Assembly: GCA_001817425.1 (NCBI GenBank)
Contig: MHII01000006.1
Span: 1 to 56,985 of the forward strand
Direction of reading: 5' to 3'
Origin: Candidatus Buchananbacteria bacterium RIFCSPHIGHO2_02_FULL_39_17
Lineage (GTDB): Bacteria > Patescibacteriota > Patescibacteriia > Buchananbacterales > UBA6539
DNA length: 56,985 nucleotides
Below, piece by piece: positions 47,425 through 56,752 of this stretch. The number at the start of each line of letters is the position of its first letter. The stretch's first letter is position 1. Position numbers and translations under genes: made by a program. A model generated the notes under the pieces. It was not told the origin of the DNA and searched no databases. It saw nothing but the letters and a program-made list of their open reading frames with translations.

Positions 47425-48297
47425 TTATAGGTAAGAGGGTGATGAACTCGGTGCAATTGATTGAGCCGAAACCACCACTAATGCCTTGTTAATCTGATCG
47501 CGCAATTCTTCGGCTTTTTTGGCCGCGACTTCAGCGAAATCCCGGCCGCGCGAGGCATGAATAATCCCGCTGGAGGAGTTAATGACGTAAAGATATTTGC
47601 CGGCATTGGTCAGGGTTTTTTTTAAATCACCTTTTTGTGTGCCAATGCCCGGAATCAGCATCAAGCAGTCATCTGGCACATTCCCGTCAAGTTCCTTTAA
47701 TTGATCCGGAAAGGTCGCACCCATAACAATGCCCACGGCCGCGGTTTCAGGCGTTTTAAGTTTGGTCGCTGCAGCGGCTATAATCACAAACAGCCCCACA
47801 TTAAAAGGATGCGGCTGGGCTTCCTGAAATTCCCGCGCACCTTCGTTTGAAGTATGAGACAAAACCAAAATCGCATGCTTTGGGCCCCACTTCAGAAATG
47901 GTACGAGCGTATCAGTTCCAAGATAAGCATTGACCGTCACGGCATCAGCGCCATAGCGTTCAAAAGCGGCCCGGGCATATTTCTCTGCGGTTCTGCCGAT
48001 GTCGCCGTATTTAGCGTCCAAAATCACGGGCAATCCGTGTTCGTGCTTGATGAAACGAATCAATTTTGCCAGTTCGTTTTCCGCGCCAATCGCCGCCCAA
48101 AAACCCAGATTCGGTTTAAAAACACAGGCAAATTTGGCAGTGGCTTCAACGATTCTGGTCGCAAAATTAAGCAAACCGCCGGGTGAATAATCTACGCCTT
48201 CAGGCCACTTTTCGTCGTCAGGATCAATGCCGATGCAAACATGAGATTGACGCTCATGCTGAATCTCTCGCAAACGTTGTTCAAAACTTTCACTCAT
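47425..48297 (-). CDS. pyrF: orotidine 5'-phosphate decarboxylase, type 2
   Basis: Motifs CIGIDP, ILDAKYGDIGRTA, DAVTVNAYLG, HTSNEGA and LIPGIGTQKGD. Confidence 0.85.
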   Translation of the reverse strand: MSESFEQRLREIQHERQSHVCIGIDPDDEKWPEGVDYSPGGLLNFATRIVEATAKFACVFKPNLGFWAAIGAENELAKLIRFIKHEHGLPVILDAKYGDIGRTAEKYARAAFERYGADAVTVNAYLGTDTLVPFLKWGPKHAILVLSHTSNEGAREFQEAQPHPFNVGLFVIIAAAATKLKTPETAAVGIVMGATFPDQLKELDGNVPDDCLMLIPGIGTQKGDLKKTLTNAGKYLYVINSSSGIIHASRGRDFAEVAAKKAEELRDQINKALVVVSAQSIAPSSSPSYL

Positions 48298-48345
48298 CTA
48301 TTATTCCTCCTTTCCTCTTGACTTGATGCTTTTACTCCAACAAGA

Positions 48346-49080
48346 TTACGCTGCGGTTGTTAATTCGGCCCAGCCCTCCGGCGTATTAGGCCTGATGGCT
48401 TTAGAGCCAAGCGCACATAACGGGCAATCATCTTTCCAGCTTTTAATTTCGTACCTGACCATCGGTAGAATCTGGACACCGTCAACCGCAGCCTCTCGGA
48501 CCGTACGCCGATCCACAACCAAAGGCAGAAACGGAATGAATTCTGTTTCAGGGTTAGCTTCCTGAAAACCCGCCGTGACTAAACGGAAAGTCTTAGCCGT
48601 GGTCATTAGTTCTTCAACCCGAAGAACTTTTGTTCCAGCCGGCATCTTTGGTCCCGTGTATTTCTGCTTTTCAACTTCCTCGCCGCATTCTTTAACCGTG
48701 ACTTTGTGCATCGGATAGACGCGCGCGCCAAACAGACGGCCAACCGCATAAGCAAGATTGAGAGAAGCCGTATCCGAACCAATGACACAGTCAACCGAAC
48801 CCTTATGGCATGACCGCAGAAGGGCAACGAGCTGTGCCGCCAAGACATCGCAGAGATTGGTCATTGACATAACAATCCTTAAATTGACAAAACCAGTGCT
48901 GCAATCTCCAGCTGTCAATTTAGCATGAGGCACTTCAGCCCGAAATTCACCCGGATAAAGCCAAAGTGAATTTGTGGCCTGAATGATTGCCGTGACATCA
49001 TCCGGCGACAAAGGGCCACTGAACGAACCGACCTGCAACTTAATCAGTTCTTCACTTGAAACTCCAGCAAGTAATCCCAT
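48346..49080 (-). CDS. pyrE: orotate phosphoribosyltransferase-like type I PRTase
   Basis: PRPP loop VLRVEELMTTAKT, HAKLTAGDCS and the C-terminal CPLCALG, as in the Thermus-type PyrE subfamily. Substrate is inferred. Confidence 0.6.
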   Translation of the reverse strand: MGLLAGVSSEELIKLQVGSFSGPLSPDDVTAIIQATNSLWLYPGEFRAEVPHAKLTAGDCSTGFVNLRIVMSMTNLCDVLAAQLVALLRSCHKGSVDCVIGSDTASLNLAYAVGRLFGARVYPMHKVTVKECGEEVEKQKYTGPKMPAGTKVLRVEELMTTAKTFRLVTAGFQEANPETEFIPFLPLVVDRRTVREAAVDGVQILPMVRYEIKSWKDDCPLCALGSKAIRPNTPEGWAELTTAA

Positions 49081-49113
49081 AAGCTATTTCTCCCTCAGTT
49101 CAGAATGACACGT

Positions 49114-49177
49114 AAAAATTGGAAGGAACACCCCTCCAAAACTGTACTCATTTTAACTAATATTAAAAATAAGTCAA
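49114..49177 (-). promoter_or_regulatory. promoter plus conserved leader hairpin (copy 2)
   Basis: On the minus strand: TTGACT, 16 nt, TAAAAT, then the leader GTTTTGGAGGGGTGTTCCTTCCAATTTTT. Confidence 0.6.
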
Positions 49178-49186
49178 GACAAATAT

Positions 49187-49218
49187 TAAAAAAGGCGATT
49201 CCAAAACTCGGAATCGCC
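49187..49218 (-). terminator. intrinsic terminator
   Basis: GGCGATTCCGAGTTTTGGAATCGCC followed by TTTTTT on the minus strand. Confidence 0.8.
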
Positions 49219-49549
49219 GCAGAGGAGCCATTAGGCCTTCTCGGACGCTAGTCATATCCAATTTTCATATTTTTGGTATCTTTTTCCAGCATTAAACGAT
49301 TAGACCCGCCAAATGGTTTCAAATCAAACTCACCGTCTCTCTAAAATTTTATCAGTATTGCCTTGGGAGAAAAGACCGACAAACCGAGTCAGGCGAATCT
49401 GATCTGCCGCGTCAAATCAAATCTCTCCCTCAAGCGTCTAAGCTTAAAAGCGTTATACCTCCAGGATTTCCCTTTGGCATCAGCAGATTAAGCCAGTGCC
49501 TGACGGCTTGATTCCCTCTCACTCAACTTCCTGACATTTGGCACTAAAT
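49219..49549 (-). ncRNA. candidate ~330-nt non-coding transcript (family unknown)
   Basis: A TTGACT-16 nt-TAAATT promoter lies at 49550-49577 and the terminator at 49187-49218. No ORF of 60 aa or more on either strand; only peptides of 20 aa or fewer. Confidence 0.3.
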
Positions 49550-49640
49550 AATTTATCATATTAAAAAATAAAGTCAATCCTCATGGGATAATAGATATGT
49601 CTTGTTAAATTCTCTAAACTCAATCAAAACCAAAACGTTT

Positions 49641-49752
49641 TAAATTCCAAATCTCAAATCACAAATCCCAAATAAATTCCAATAACCAAATTCAAAATAT
49701 TTTAATATTTGAAAATTGAAATTTTAAATTTATTTGGAGCTTGAAATTTAGC
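49641..49752. repeat. AT-rich long imperfect palindrome (same family as 6541-6655)
   Basis: Shares the ...CAAATAAATTCCAA...AAAATATTTTAATATTT...AATTTATTTGGA... architecture. Confidence 0.7.
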
Positions 49753-49929
49753 GCTTGGTGCTTATTATTCGCTTATAGCAAGCTCCTCTAAACCATAACC
49801 GAAATTTGAAAGATAAGGCCACTTCTAAAAAAGCTCCTAATAGCAGCACTCGCTAGCCGGCAAGCCCGAGCCGCAAGGGCAATCATCCCTTAAACGGGGC
49901 ATATTTGAATAAATCCTAAATTCTAATAT

Positions 49930-50727
49930 CTAAACTCTAAATAATTTTTTGGCATTAATCGCGGTTTGCTCCGCAATTTTATTGTAATCAATTTTTTTTA
50001 TCTGGGCAATTTTTTCCACGACATAACGGACATATTGAGGCTGATTGCGTTTGCCCCGAAAAGGGACGGGTGCCAAATACGGCGAATCAGTTTCAACCAA
50101 AATTGAATCAAGTGACAATTGATCTATAGTTTCAGCGAGTTGTTCAGTCTGATCAAACGTAATAACCCCAGTAAAACCAACACAAAAACCTAATTTAATA
50201 AATGCCATTGCCTCATCTTTAGTCCCACCAAAACAATGAATCACTCCCCTAATCTCTGATCTCTGATCTCTGATCACTTTGATTATTTCCTGATAAGCAT
50301 TTTTTTTACCATCACGACTATTTCGGGCATGAATAACAACCGGCAGATTAAATGCTTGGGCTAAATTAATATGCTCAATAAAAATTTCTTTTTGCTTTTC
50401 AAAATTTTTGTCGTCATGAAAAAAATCAATGCCCGTCTCACCGATGGCGACAATTTTTTTTGATGCCTCAATTAATTGCCGATATTGTTCTCGGTCAAAT
50501 TTTTCCGGATGGAATTTACTGCCTAAAACATGGATTGGATGCAAACCAACGGCCGCATAAACTCCGACTTCAAAATTGTTACTAATCTCAACTGCCTTTT
50601 TGCTGGTTTCAAACTGGGAACCAACATTAGCCACCCAAACATTTTGTTTCTGGCAATCATCAATGATTTGTCGCCAATCATTTTCAAATTCTTGAAAATT
50701 AAGATGAGCGTGGGAATCAAAAAGCAT
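49930..50727 (-). CDS. tatD: TatD family metal-dependent DNase/hydrolase
   Basis: Motifs FDSHAHL, AIGETGIDF, PVVIHAR and VETDSPYLAP. The start is set at MLFDSHAHL. Confidence 0.9.
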   Translation of the reverse strand: MLFDSHAHLNFQEFENDWRQIIDDCQKQNVWVANVGSQFETSKKAVEISNNFEVGVYAAVGLHPIHVLGSKFHPEKFDREQYRQLIEASKKIVAIGETGIDFFHDDKNFEKQKEIFIEHINLAQAFNLPVVIHARNSRDGKKNAYQEIIKVIRDQRSEIRGVIHCFGGTKDEAMAFIKLGFCVGFTGVITFDQTEQLAETIDQLSLDSILVETDSPYLAPVPFRGKRNQPQYVRYVVEKIAQIKKIDYNKIAEQTAINAKKLFRV

Positions 50728-50732
50728 ATTTT

Positions 50733-51251
50733 TTAGATAGCCTCTTTCACTTGCCTGGCGATTTCTGGCAGAAGTGGCATTAAAACACCGGCAATTACCA
50801 TTAGCCAACCAGCGACTTGTGAGCCATTAATCACATGGCTTAACCAATCAGAACCCGTAGCCTGAGAAATAAAAATTAGAATTAATCCTAAAGCCAAAGT
50901 TCCTTCAACCAAACCCAAAAACGCACCCAAAAGCCGATTAATCATTTTAGTGAAAGGAATAATTGAAACCAAATGAAAAATTTTTCCAATCAACCAAAAA
51001 ACGATACCCACGCCTCGATTAACTATAGTAAAAAGCAAAATAAAAGAAATAATCTCGGCGGTTGTTTGCTGGCCAAGCAAAATCGGGCTAAGCCAACTGC
51101 TTAACGGCGAATAATAGTTTGCCGCTATCCAACCCCCGATCACGACTCCAACTAAAGCCCCTAAAGTATGGATAAAACCTAAAGCAAAGCCAAAAGCGAT
51201 GAAGAGAAATAAAATTAGAATTAAAATGAGATCTAAAATAGTGAGAAACAT
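50733..51251 (-). CDS. cvpA: CvpA family membrane protein
   Basis: N-terminal ILDLILILILFLFIAFGFALGFI and four TM helices. Confidence 0.75.
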   Translation of the reverse strand: MFLTILDLILILILFLFIAFGFALGFIHTLGALVGVVIGGWIAANYYSPLSSWLSPILLGQQTTAEIISFILLFTIVNRGVGIVFWLIGKIFHLVSIIPFTKMINRLLGAFLGLVEGTLALGLILIFISQATGSDWLSHVINGSQVAGWLMVIAGVLMPLLPEIARQVKEAI

Positions 51252-51326
51252 AGATTAAAAATTCAAAAGTCAAATCTCAAAAGTCAAAAGTTTTGAAGCC
51301 GCTTTCGGCGGCTAAATTTTGTTTGA

Positions 51327-52760
51327 CTATTTTTCAAATCTAGGAAATAATGGTTCCCCTTTTTTAATCTGCTTAGTGGTAAAAATTTTTTCAATTTTTT
51401 CCGCGGTTTGGGGCAAGAATGGTTTTAATAATTGACTAATTTGAAAAATGCCATTAGCCGCTTGATTTAAAATTTTGCTTAACTCCGCCTTTTTACCAGC
51501 CTTAGCTAACTCCCACGGTTTTGTGGTGGTAATCAAACTATCTAATGCTGCGATTTTATCCCAAATATATTTTAACGCCTGATCAAACGAGAAACTCTCA
51601 ATTATTTGATCAAACTGCTTATCTTGCTTATCTTGCTTATCTTGCTTTATCTTGACTTTATTTTGTTCAATGAGCCCCGCTACCCGGCTGACTAAATTGC
51701 CCAAACCATTGGCTAAATCCGCTTGATAAGCGGCTTCTAATTTTTCCAACGAAAAATCCGAATCTTGAACCGGATGAATATAGCGCAAAAGATAATAACG
51801 AACAACTTCACTGCCGTATTTTTCTACCAACACAAAAGGGTCAACTACGTTACCCAATGATTTTGACATTTTTTCACCGGCAATGTTAATGTAACCGTGG
51901 ACAAATAATTTTTTCGGCAGAGGCAAACCAGCGGACAAAAGCATCACCGGCCAATAAACCGCGTGAAACCGGATAATGCCTTTGCCAATTATATGAACAT
52001 CAGCCGGCCAAAACTTTTTAAAATTTTTGCCGTTTCTATCATAATCAAGAGCGGTAATATAATTGCTTAAAGCATCATACCAAACATACATTACTTGGCT
52101 TTGGTCACCCGGCACCGGCACGCCCCAGTTTTTCGCCCGCGCCTGCGAACGCGAAATAGAAAAATCTTCCAATCCCATCTCAATAAAACTTAATACTTCA
52201 TTTTTTCGGCTGGCCGGCATAATCTGATATTCGTCACTTTTAATCAACTTTTTTAATTTGTCTTGATAGGCAGAAAGGCGAAAAAAATAGTTTTCTTCCT
52301 CAACTACTTGAAGTTTTGTTTGGTGCTCCGGGCATTTATTATCCACTAATTCTTTTTCGGCATAAAATTGTTCACAGCCAACACAATAAAGCCCCTTATA
52401 TTTTTTTTTGTAAATGTCTTTTGATTTTGTTGCCTGCCAAAGCTTTTGGCAGCCGATGAAATGTTTCTTGGCCGTGGTCTGAATAAAGTCATTATTTGAA
52501 ATATTTAAAACTTTGCCTAACTCAATAAAACGTTTCGTGTTTCGATCAACAAATTTCTGAACCGTCAAACCCTCTTTTTCCGCGGCTAAGACATTTTTCA
52601 AACTGTTTTCGTCAGTGCCAGTTAAGAAAAAAACCTCATCGCCTTTTTGCCGATGATAACGCGCGACGGCATCGGTCTGGATCAATTCTAAAGCAAAGCC
52701 AATATGCGGCGCGGCATTAACGTATGGAATAGCCGTGGTGATGTAAAATTTTTTTGACAT
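51327..52760 (-). CDS. metG: methionine-tRNA ligase (short form)
   Basis: Motifs TTAIPYVNAAPHIGF (HIGH), CVGCEQF and KMSKSLGN. Confidence 0.96.
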   Translation of the reverse strand: MSKKFYITTAIPYVNAAPHIGFALELIQTDAVARYHRQKGDEVFFLTGTDENSLKNVLAAEKEGLTVQKFVDRNTKRFIELGKVLNISNNDFIQTTAKKHFIGCQKLWQATKSKDIYKKKYKGLYCVGCEQFYAEKELVDNKCPEHQTKLQVVEEENYFFRLSAYQDKLKKLIKSDEYQIMPASRKNEVLSFIEMGLEDFSISRSQARAKNWGVPVPGDQSQVMYVWYDALSNYITALDYDRNGKNFKKFWPADVHIIGKGIIRFHAVYWPVMLLSAGLPLPKKLFVHGYINIAGEKMSKSLGNVVDPFVLVEKYGSEVVRYYLLRYIHPVQDSDFSLEKLEAAYQADLANGLGNLVSRVAGLIEQNKVKIKQDKQDKQDKQFDQIIESFSFDQALKYIWDKIAALDSLITTTKPWELAKAGKKAELSKILNQAANGIFQISQLLKPFLPQTAEKIEKIFTTKQIKKGEPLFPRFEK

Positions 52761-52761
52761 A

Positions 52762-53031
52762 TTATTTATTATTTCGGCCGAACCTGAACCAGCCTATGAT
52801 CACTGCATCAACACTAATAAAAGCAAAAATATTAGGAATAACAATTATTGGATTACGTAACTCAATACCATAAAGTGTCCATAATATAATACTAATAAAA
52901 ATAATTAAATAGGTAACAATTGAAATATCACCAGCACTTTTTCTTTTGAATATTTTATAGGCTTGAGGAAAGTTGGCGCAACCACCAATTACTCCAAAAA
53001 TCCCTGCTAAAATTTCTAATAAGCTCATCAA
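52762..53031 (-). CDS. SemiSWEET / PQ-loop family transporter
   Basis: 89 aa, three TM helices and an FPQAYKI PQ motif. Confidence 0.75.
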   Translation of the reverse strand: MMSLLEILAGIFGVIGGCANFPQAYKIFKRKSAGDISIVTYLIIFISIILWTLYGIELRNPIIVIPNIFAFISVDAVIIGWFRFGRNNK

Positions 53032-53039
53032 TTTTTTTG

Positions 53040-53705
53040 TTACTTATTCGAAACAATCACCACAAACTCTCCCTTAACTCTATCTTTTAATAATTGCTCT
53101 AAAACCTCTTCAACCGTGCCGCGGTAAATGCTTTCAAATTTTTTAGTCAGCTCGCGACAGACGACAAGCTGCCGCTTTAAACCAAATTGCTTGAGCTGCC
53201 CTAGGGTTTTTAAAATCCGGTGAACTGATTCATAAAAAATTACCGACTGCTCTGACGCAATAATCTCCTTAATCATAGTTTCCCGACCTTTTTTATGAGG
53301 CAAAAAACCTAAAAATAAAAACCGGTCAACCGGTAAACCAGAAACAGAAAGCGCGGCCGTGGCCGCTGAAGGCCCCGGGATTACTTCAACTTTAATATTC
53401 TCTTGCACTGCCGCTTTAACCAATAGACTACCGGGATCAGAAATGCCCGGCATTCCCGCGTCAGTGACTAAGGCAACTTTTTTTCCAACCATCAATTCTT
53501 GAATTAAAAAATTGATTTTAGAAATTTGACTATGTTGATGATAGCTGACCAATGGTTTATTAATTTGATAATGAACCAATAATTTTTTGGTGACGCGAGT
53601 ATCTTCGCAAGCAATTAAATCAACTTCTTTTAAAATTCTTAACGCCCGCAAAGTCATATCTTCTAAATTGCCGATGGGCGTGCCAACAACATATAAAACA
53701 GCCAT
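53040..53705 (-). CDS. rsmI: 16S rRNA (cytidine1402-2'-O)-methyltransferase
   Basis: Motifs LYVVGTPIGNLEDMTLRAL, IACEDTR and TDAGMPGISDPG. Confidence 0.92.
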   Translation of the reverse strand: MAVLYVVGTPIGNLEDMTLRALRILKEVDLIACEDTRVTKKLLVHYQINKPLVSYHQHSQISKINFLIQELMVGKKVALVTDAGMPGISDPGSLLVKAAVQENIKVEVIPGPSAATAALSVSGLPVDRFLFLGFLPHKKGRETMIKEIIASEQSVIFYESVHRILKTLGQLKQFGLKRQLVVCRELTKKFESIYRGTVEEVLEQLLKDRVKGEFVVIVSNK

Positions 53706-53707
53706 AA

Positions 53708-54013
53708 CTATTTCCTTGCCAAAAAAGCGAAAGGCATTAAATAATTAAGCAAATCGCCAAGCGTGACCTGAAAAACTTCGGCTTGAATCAATAAGTCAGC
53801 AATAACTTCGCGCAGCCGGCAAACTTCCTTGAGATGACCAAAATGGCGCTGGTCGTCAATCGCCAAATCAGTCATCGCTAAGGCTCTTTCCAAAGCGTTA
53901 TTGCGCGCCGCTAAATCACCCCGCCCTTCCCAATAATTGGCGCGAGAAATTTCACTGCCAATATTGCCAAGCTGTTGGGTTAAAGATAATTCTTTCCAGT
54001 CTTTTGGTGCCAT
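53708..54013 (-). CDS. helical hypothetical protein
   Basis: 101-aa ORF tightly packed between neighbouring genes. Confidence 0.5.
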   Translation of the reverse strand: MAPKDWKELSLTQQLGNIGSEISRANYWEGRGDLAARNNALERALAMTDLAIDDQRHFGHLKEVCRLREVIADLLIQAEVFQVTLGDLLNYLMPFAFLARK

Positions 54014-54016
54014 AAA

Positions 54017-54361
54017 TTAAATTATCATCTCGCCAATAATTTCTATAATTTTTGCCCTGACTTCCGGTATTTCAACTATCATTGTGCGATTGCCGATTTT
54101 TGGCCGAATATTAATTAAAGAGGAAAATTCAATTATTTGTTCTTGTGAACGAAAAGGATAAAGATTAATGCCCCACAGATCCGACTGAAGCGATCCGTCT
54201 TTCAATAAAATTTCTTCCGCATCTGAATGCCACTCGCCGCCAAGCGCCATTTTTCTTTTTTCAATATTAACTACGGCTTTAACCATTTCGCCAAAACCCG
54301 CTTCGGCCATTTTCTTTACCTCTTCTAAACTGATTTTTTCGTTGACAATTTTAATTTCCAT
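54017..54361 (-). CDS. small conserved hypothetical protein (DUF5674-like, from memory)
   Basis: ...MVKAVVNIEKRKMALGGEWHSDAEEILLKDGSLQSDLWGINLYP... pattern. Confidence 0.5.
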   Translation of the reverse strand: MEIKIVNEKISLEEVKKMAEAGFGEMVKAVVNIEKRKMALGGEWHSDAEEILLKDGSLQSDLWGINLYPFRSQEQIIEFSSLINIRPKIGNRTMIVEIPEVRAKIIEIIGEMII

Positions 54362-54411
54362 ATTTTAAAAATAGCATAATATTCAAATTTTTTCAAGTGA
54401 ATAAAGTTTCG

Positions 54412-54440
54412 GTGGGCAGGGCATCAGACCCTGCCCACCG
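54412..54440 (-). terminator. strong GC hairpin (terminator-like)
   Basis: GGTGGGCAGGG-CATCAGA-CCCTGCCCACC, an 11-bp perfect stem. The T-tract is weak. Confidence 0.5.
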
Positions 54441-54527
54441 ACCAAGGGAGTATCCTCCTTTGGAATCCTCTTATGATCAGTGTTCGCTCGCTACCGCTCG
54501 CTCACAGATTTTATTATTGACTCCGCC

Positions 54528-55088
54528 TCATCCCTGCGGCAGAGACCGCAGGGTATTCGGCGGATTTGCATAATAAAAAACCACCCCGAATTTTGGAGTG
54601 GCAAAGGAGTGGCAAAACTGATCTGTCTCAAGCTTATCGTTGAGATCACTGAGAGGTAAATGAGAAATTGCGGAAATGACCTGCCGACTAGATTGAGAAA
54701 GGCTGGCAATTGTCTCTTCGATCGTGGGCATTACTTTAGTCTCAGCATATCTTTCCACTTGACATTCGCCTACAGTCAAATCTTTAAACCGATAAAGCGA
54801 AAGCCAGAGCTCTTTTTGCTGATTGACCCAAAGAACGGCAAAACCGTTCTTGTAATAGCGCCGAAGTTCAGCGAAAAACTCTTGGCTTTTTTCCGTAGGC
54901 AATCCGTACTGAATTTTACCGGTATCTAAATTAACGATCTCAACTGGTTGACCGCCGGTGACCGTGAATTCAAGATACTCATAGAATTTATGATGATTTG
55001 GCTGAAAATCCCGAGTAGCAAAATAGAGCATAAGTAATCCGAAAAAGAAAATCAAGTAGCGTGTTTTATGTTCGGCCTTGGTTAGCAT
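54528..55088 (-). CDS. N-terminally anchored hypothetical protein
   Basis: 186-aa ORF with one TM helix and SD AGGAGGG upstream. Confidence 0.5.
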   Translation of the reverse strand: MLTKAEHKTRYLIFFFGLLMLYFATRDFQPNHHKFYEYLEFTVTGGQPVEIVNLDTGKIQYGLPTEKSQEFFAELRRYYKNGFAVLWVNQQKELWLSLYRFKDLTVGECQVERYAETKVMPTIEETIASLSQSSRQVISAISHLPLSDLNDKLETDQFCHSFATPKFGVVFYYANPPNTLRSLPQG

Positions 55089-55176
55089 AAACCCTCCTTA
55101 CTTTTGTCTCAACCAAAAACCTTAAAGGAACTTGGGTTGTTATCTTAACAAATAACAAAAAAATTGTCAATGGTCC

Positions 55177-55362
55177 TTACGGGCGCAATAACCGCTGATA
55201 ATTAATGGCAAAACGGTGGGCTTCATTACGAATTTTTTGAATGAGTTTTAAGGTAGGTGAAATTTTCGGCAATTTAATCGGAAACTTACTCTTTAAAGTG
55301 TATATTTCTTCTTCTCTTTTGGCTAAAGCAATAATCGGTAATTCTAAACCTAATAGTTTCAA
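55177..55362 (-). pseudogene. uvrC: isolated C-proximal fragment of excinuclease subunit UvrC
   Basis: LPIIALAKREEEIY...LIQKIRNEAHRFAINYQR matches the UvrC endonuclease-domain end. The ~500 upstream residues are absent because grx abuts it. Confidence 0.65.
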
Positions 55363-55592
55363 AGCCCGAGGGTCCGATCAACTGCTGGTTTATTAAAACC
55401 AATAATGATTGTGTCATTGATAATAATTACCGGCACGCCTAAGTGGCCGGTTTTTTCAATCATGGCTTGCGCCTCTTTCGGATCAGCGGCAACGTCAATT
55501 TCAGCATAATTAATATTTTTTTCTTTAAAATAATTTTTCGCCATGGTGCAGTACGGGCAAGTCGGGGTGGTATCAATCGTCACTTTTGGCAT
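55359..55592 (-). CDS. glutaredoxin-like protein
   Basis: CPYC active site. 77 aa. Confidence 0.85.
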   Translation of the reverse strand: MPKVTIDTTPTCPYCTMAKNYFKEKNINYAEIDVAADPKEAQAMIEKTGHLGVPVIIINDTIIIGFNKPAVDRTLGL

Positions 55593-55625
55593 TTGGCATA
55601 TTGATGATTGATTTAAAATAATTTT

Positions 55626-56138
55626 TTACTCCGAAAGCAAGTAAGCCAACTTTTCGCCAAACTCCTTGGCGGCATTTGGATCTTTAGCCGTGACAACCAG
55701 CCCATCAATTTCCACTGTCATCCCCGTATAATCCGCGCCCTTGTTTTTCAAATTTTCTTCCTGAGACGGAAAAGCGGTGGCGGTCTTTCCTATCAAAACT
55801 CCGGCATTAGCTAAAATTGAAGGCCCAATGCAAATCGCGGCGGTAATTTTTCCCGCAATTTTAAAATCTTTGGCCAACTTTAAAGCAGTTAAATCATCAA
55901 AATATTCAGTTGCCCCCGAGCCACCGACAAAGGCAATGGCATCAAAATCAGTAACTTTTATTTCCGCCAAAGCCAAGTCCGGCTGAATTTCCGCGCCCAA
56001 TTTGCCAATGGCCTTATTTTTGGTCCGAGCAGCGACCTTAACCATGAAACCATGATTGACTAAAATTTCTTTGGGCACCAAAAGCTCCTCGTCGCGAAAG
56101 TTCTTTTGAGCAATGATAAAAACGACTTTTTTGGACAT
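55626..56138 (-). CDS. DJ-1/PfpI family protein
   Basis: Motifs DAIAFVGGSG and AAICIGP (nucleophile elbow Cys). Confidence 0.85.
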   Translation of the reverse strand: MSKKVVFIIAQKNFRDEELLVPKEILVNHGFMVKVAARTKNKAIGKLGAEIQPDLALAEIKVTDFDAIAFVGGSGATEYFDDLTALKLAKDFKIAGKITAAICIGPSILANAGVLIGKTATAFPSQEENLKNKGADYTGMTVEIDGLVVTAKDPNAAKEFGEKLAYLLSE

Positions 56139-56218
56139 AAATTAGGAATTATGAATCATGAATTATGAATCCAGGGAATAAATATCTAACCATAATTCCT
56201 ACTTTTATTATATCATAA

Positions 56219-56256
56219 ATAAAAAAGTAGCGACACGACAATGTCCGATCGCTACT
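56219..56256 (-). terminator. intrinsic terminator after the pilin gene
   Basis: AGTAGCGA...TCGCTACT followed by TTTTTT on the minus strand. Confidence 0.7.
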
Positions 56257-56266
56257 TTTGAAAAAT

Positions 56267-56752
56267 TTAACGGCTCACGCTAATCGTCGGCGTACTCCCG
56301 CCCACGGCTTCTGGGTCGCAAGCACCCACGGCAATCCGGCCATTGGCAGTCTTACGAATATAATAATCAGTTTTAGCCGCACTGCCAGAAGAGGGATCAA
56401 ATGGAATAGAAGCAATATAAGTATCAACTAAACTGGAAGTTAAATCCAAACAGGCCGCAGCTGTGGTTTGCGCCGTGCAGCCAGAATCGCAGCCTGAACC
56501 AGAAGTGCCTAAGGTATAATAAGTTCCGGCAGTGGCGGCGGCTAAGGGCGCCGGCAAACTACCGCGGTTATCAACCGTGTATTTCAAAATCGCATTTAAA
56601 ATTGAATTAGTTGAACTCCAACGTTCGGCATTGCGCGCTTCGGCAAACCGCCGGGCCGGGTCAACCGCGACATAGATAATCGCCGCCAAAATGGAAATAA
56701 TGCCAATAACAATTAATAATTCAATTAAGGTAAAACCTTGTTTTTTTCTCAT
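56267..56752 (-). CDS. type IV pilin-like protein (prepilin-type N-terminal cleavage/methylation domain)
   Basis: The sequence starts MRKKQGFTLIELLIVIGIISILAAI. Confidence 0.9.
   Translation of the reverse strand: MRKKQGFTLIELLIVIGIISILAAIIYVAVDPARRFAEARNAERWSSTNSILNAILKYTVDNRGSLPAPLAAATAGTYYTLGTSGSGCDSGCTAQTTAAACLDLTSSLVDTYIASIPFDPSSGSAAKTDYYIRKTANGRIAVGACDPEAVGGSTPTISVSR

Noticed and set aside
49225-49265. ykkC/PRPP-type riboswitch upstream of the PRTase gene
   Set aside because: Only CUAG and GUCCGAGA-like fragments are present, and they are fused together. The conserved GGGUUCCG and ACGG(A/C)GGGA...GCCCGGGAGA segments are missing.
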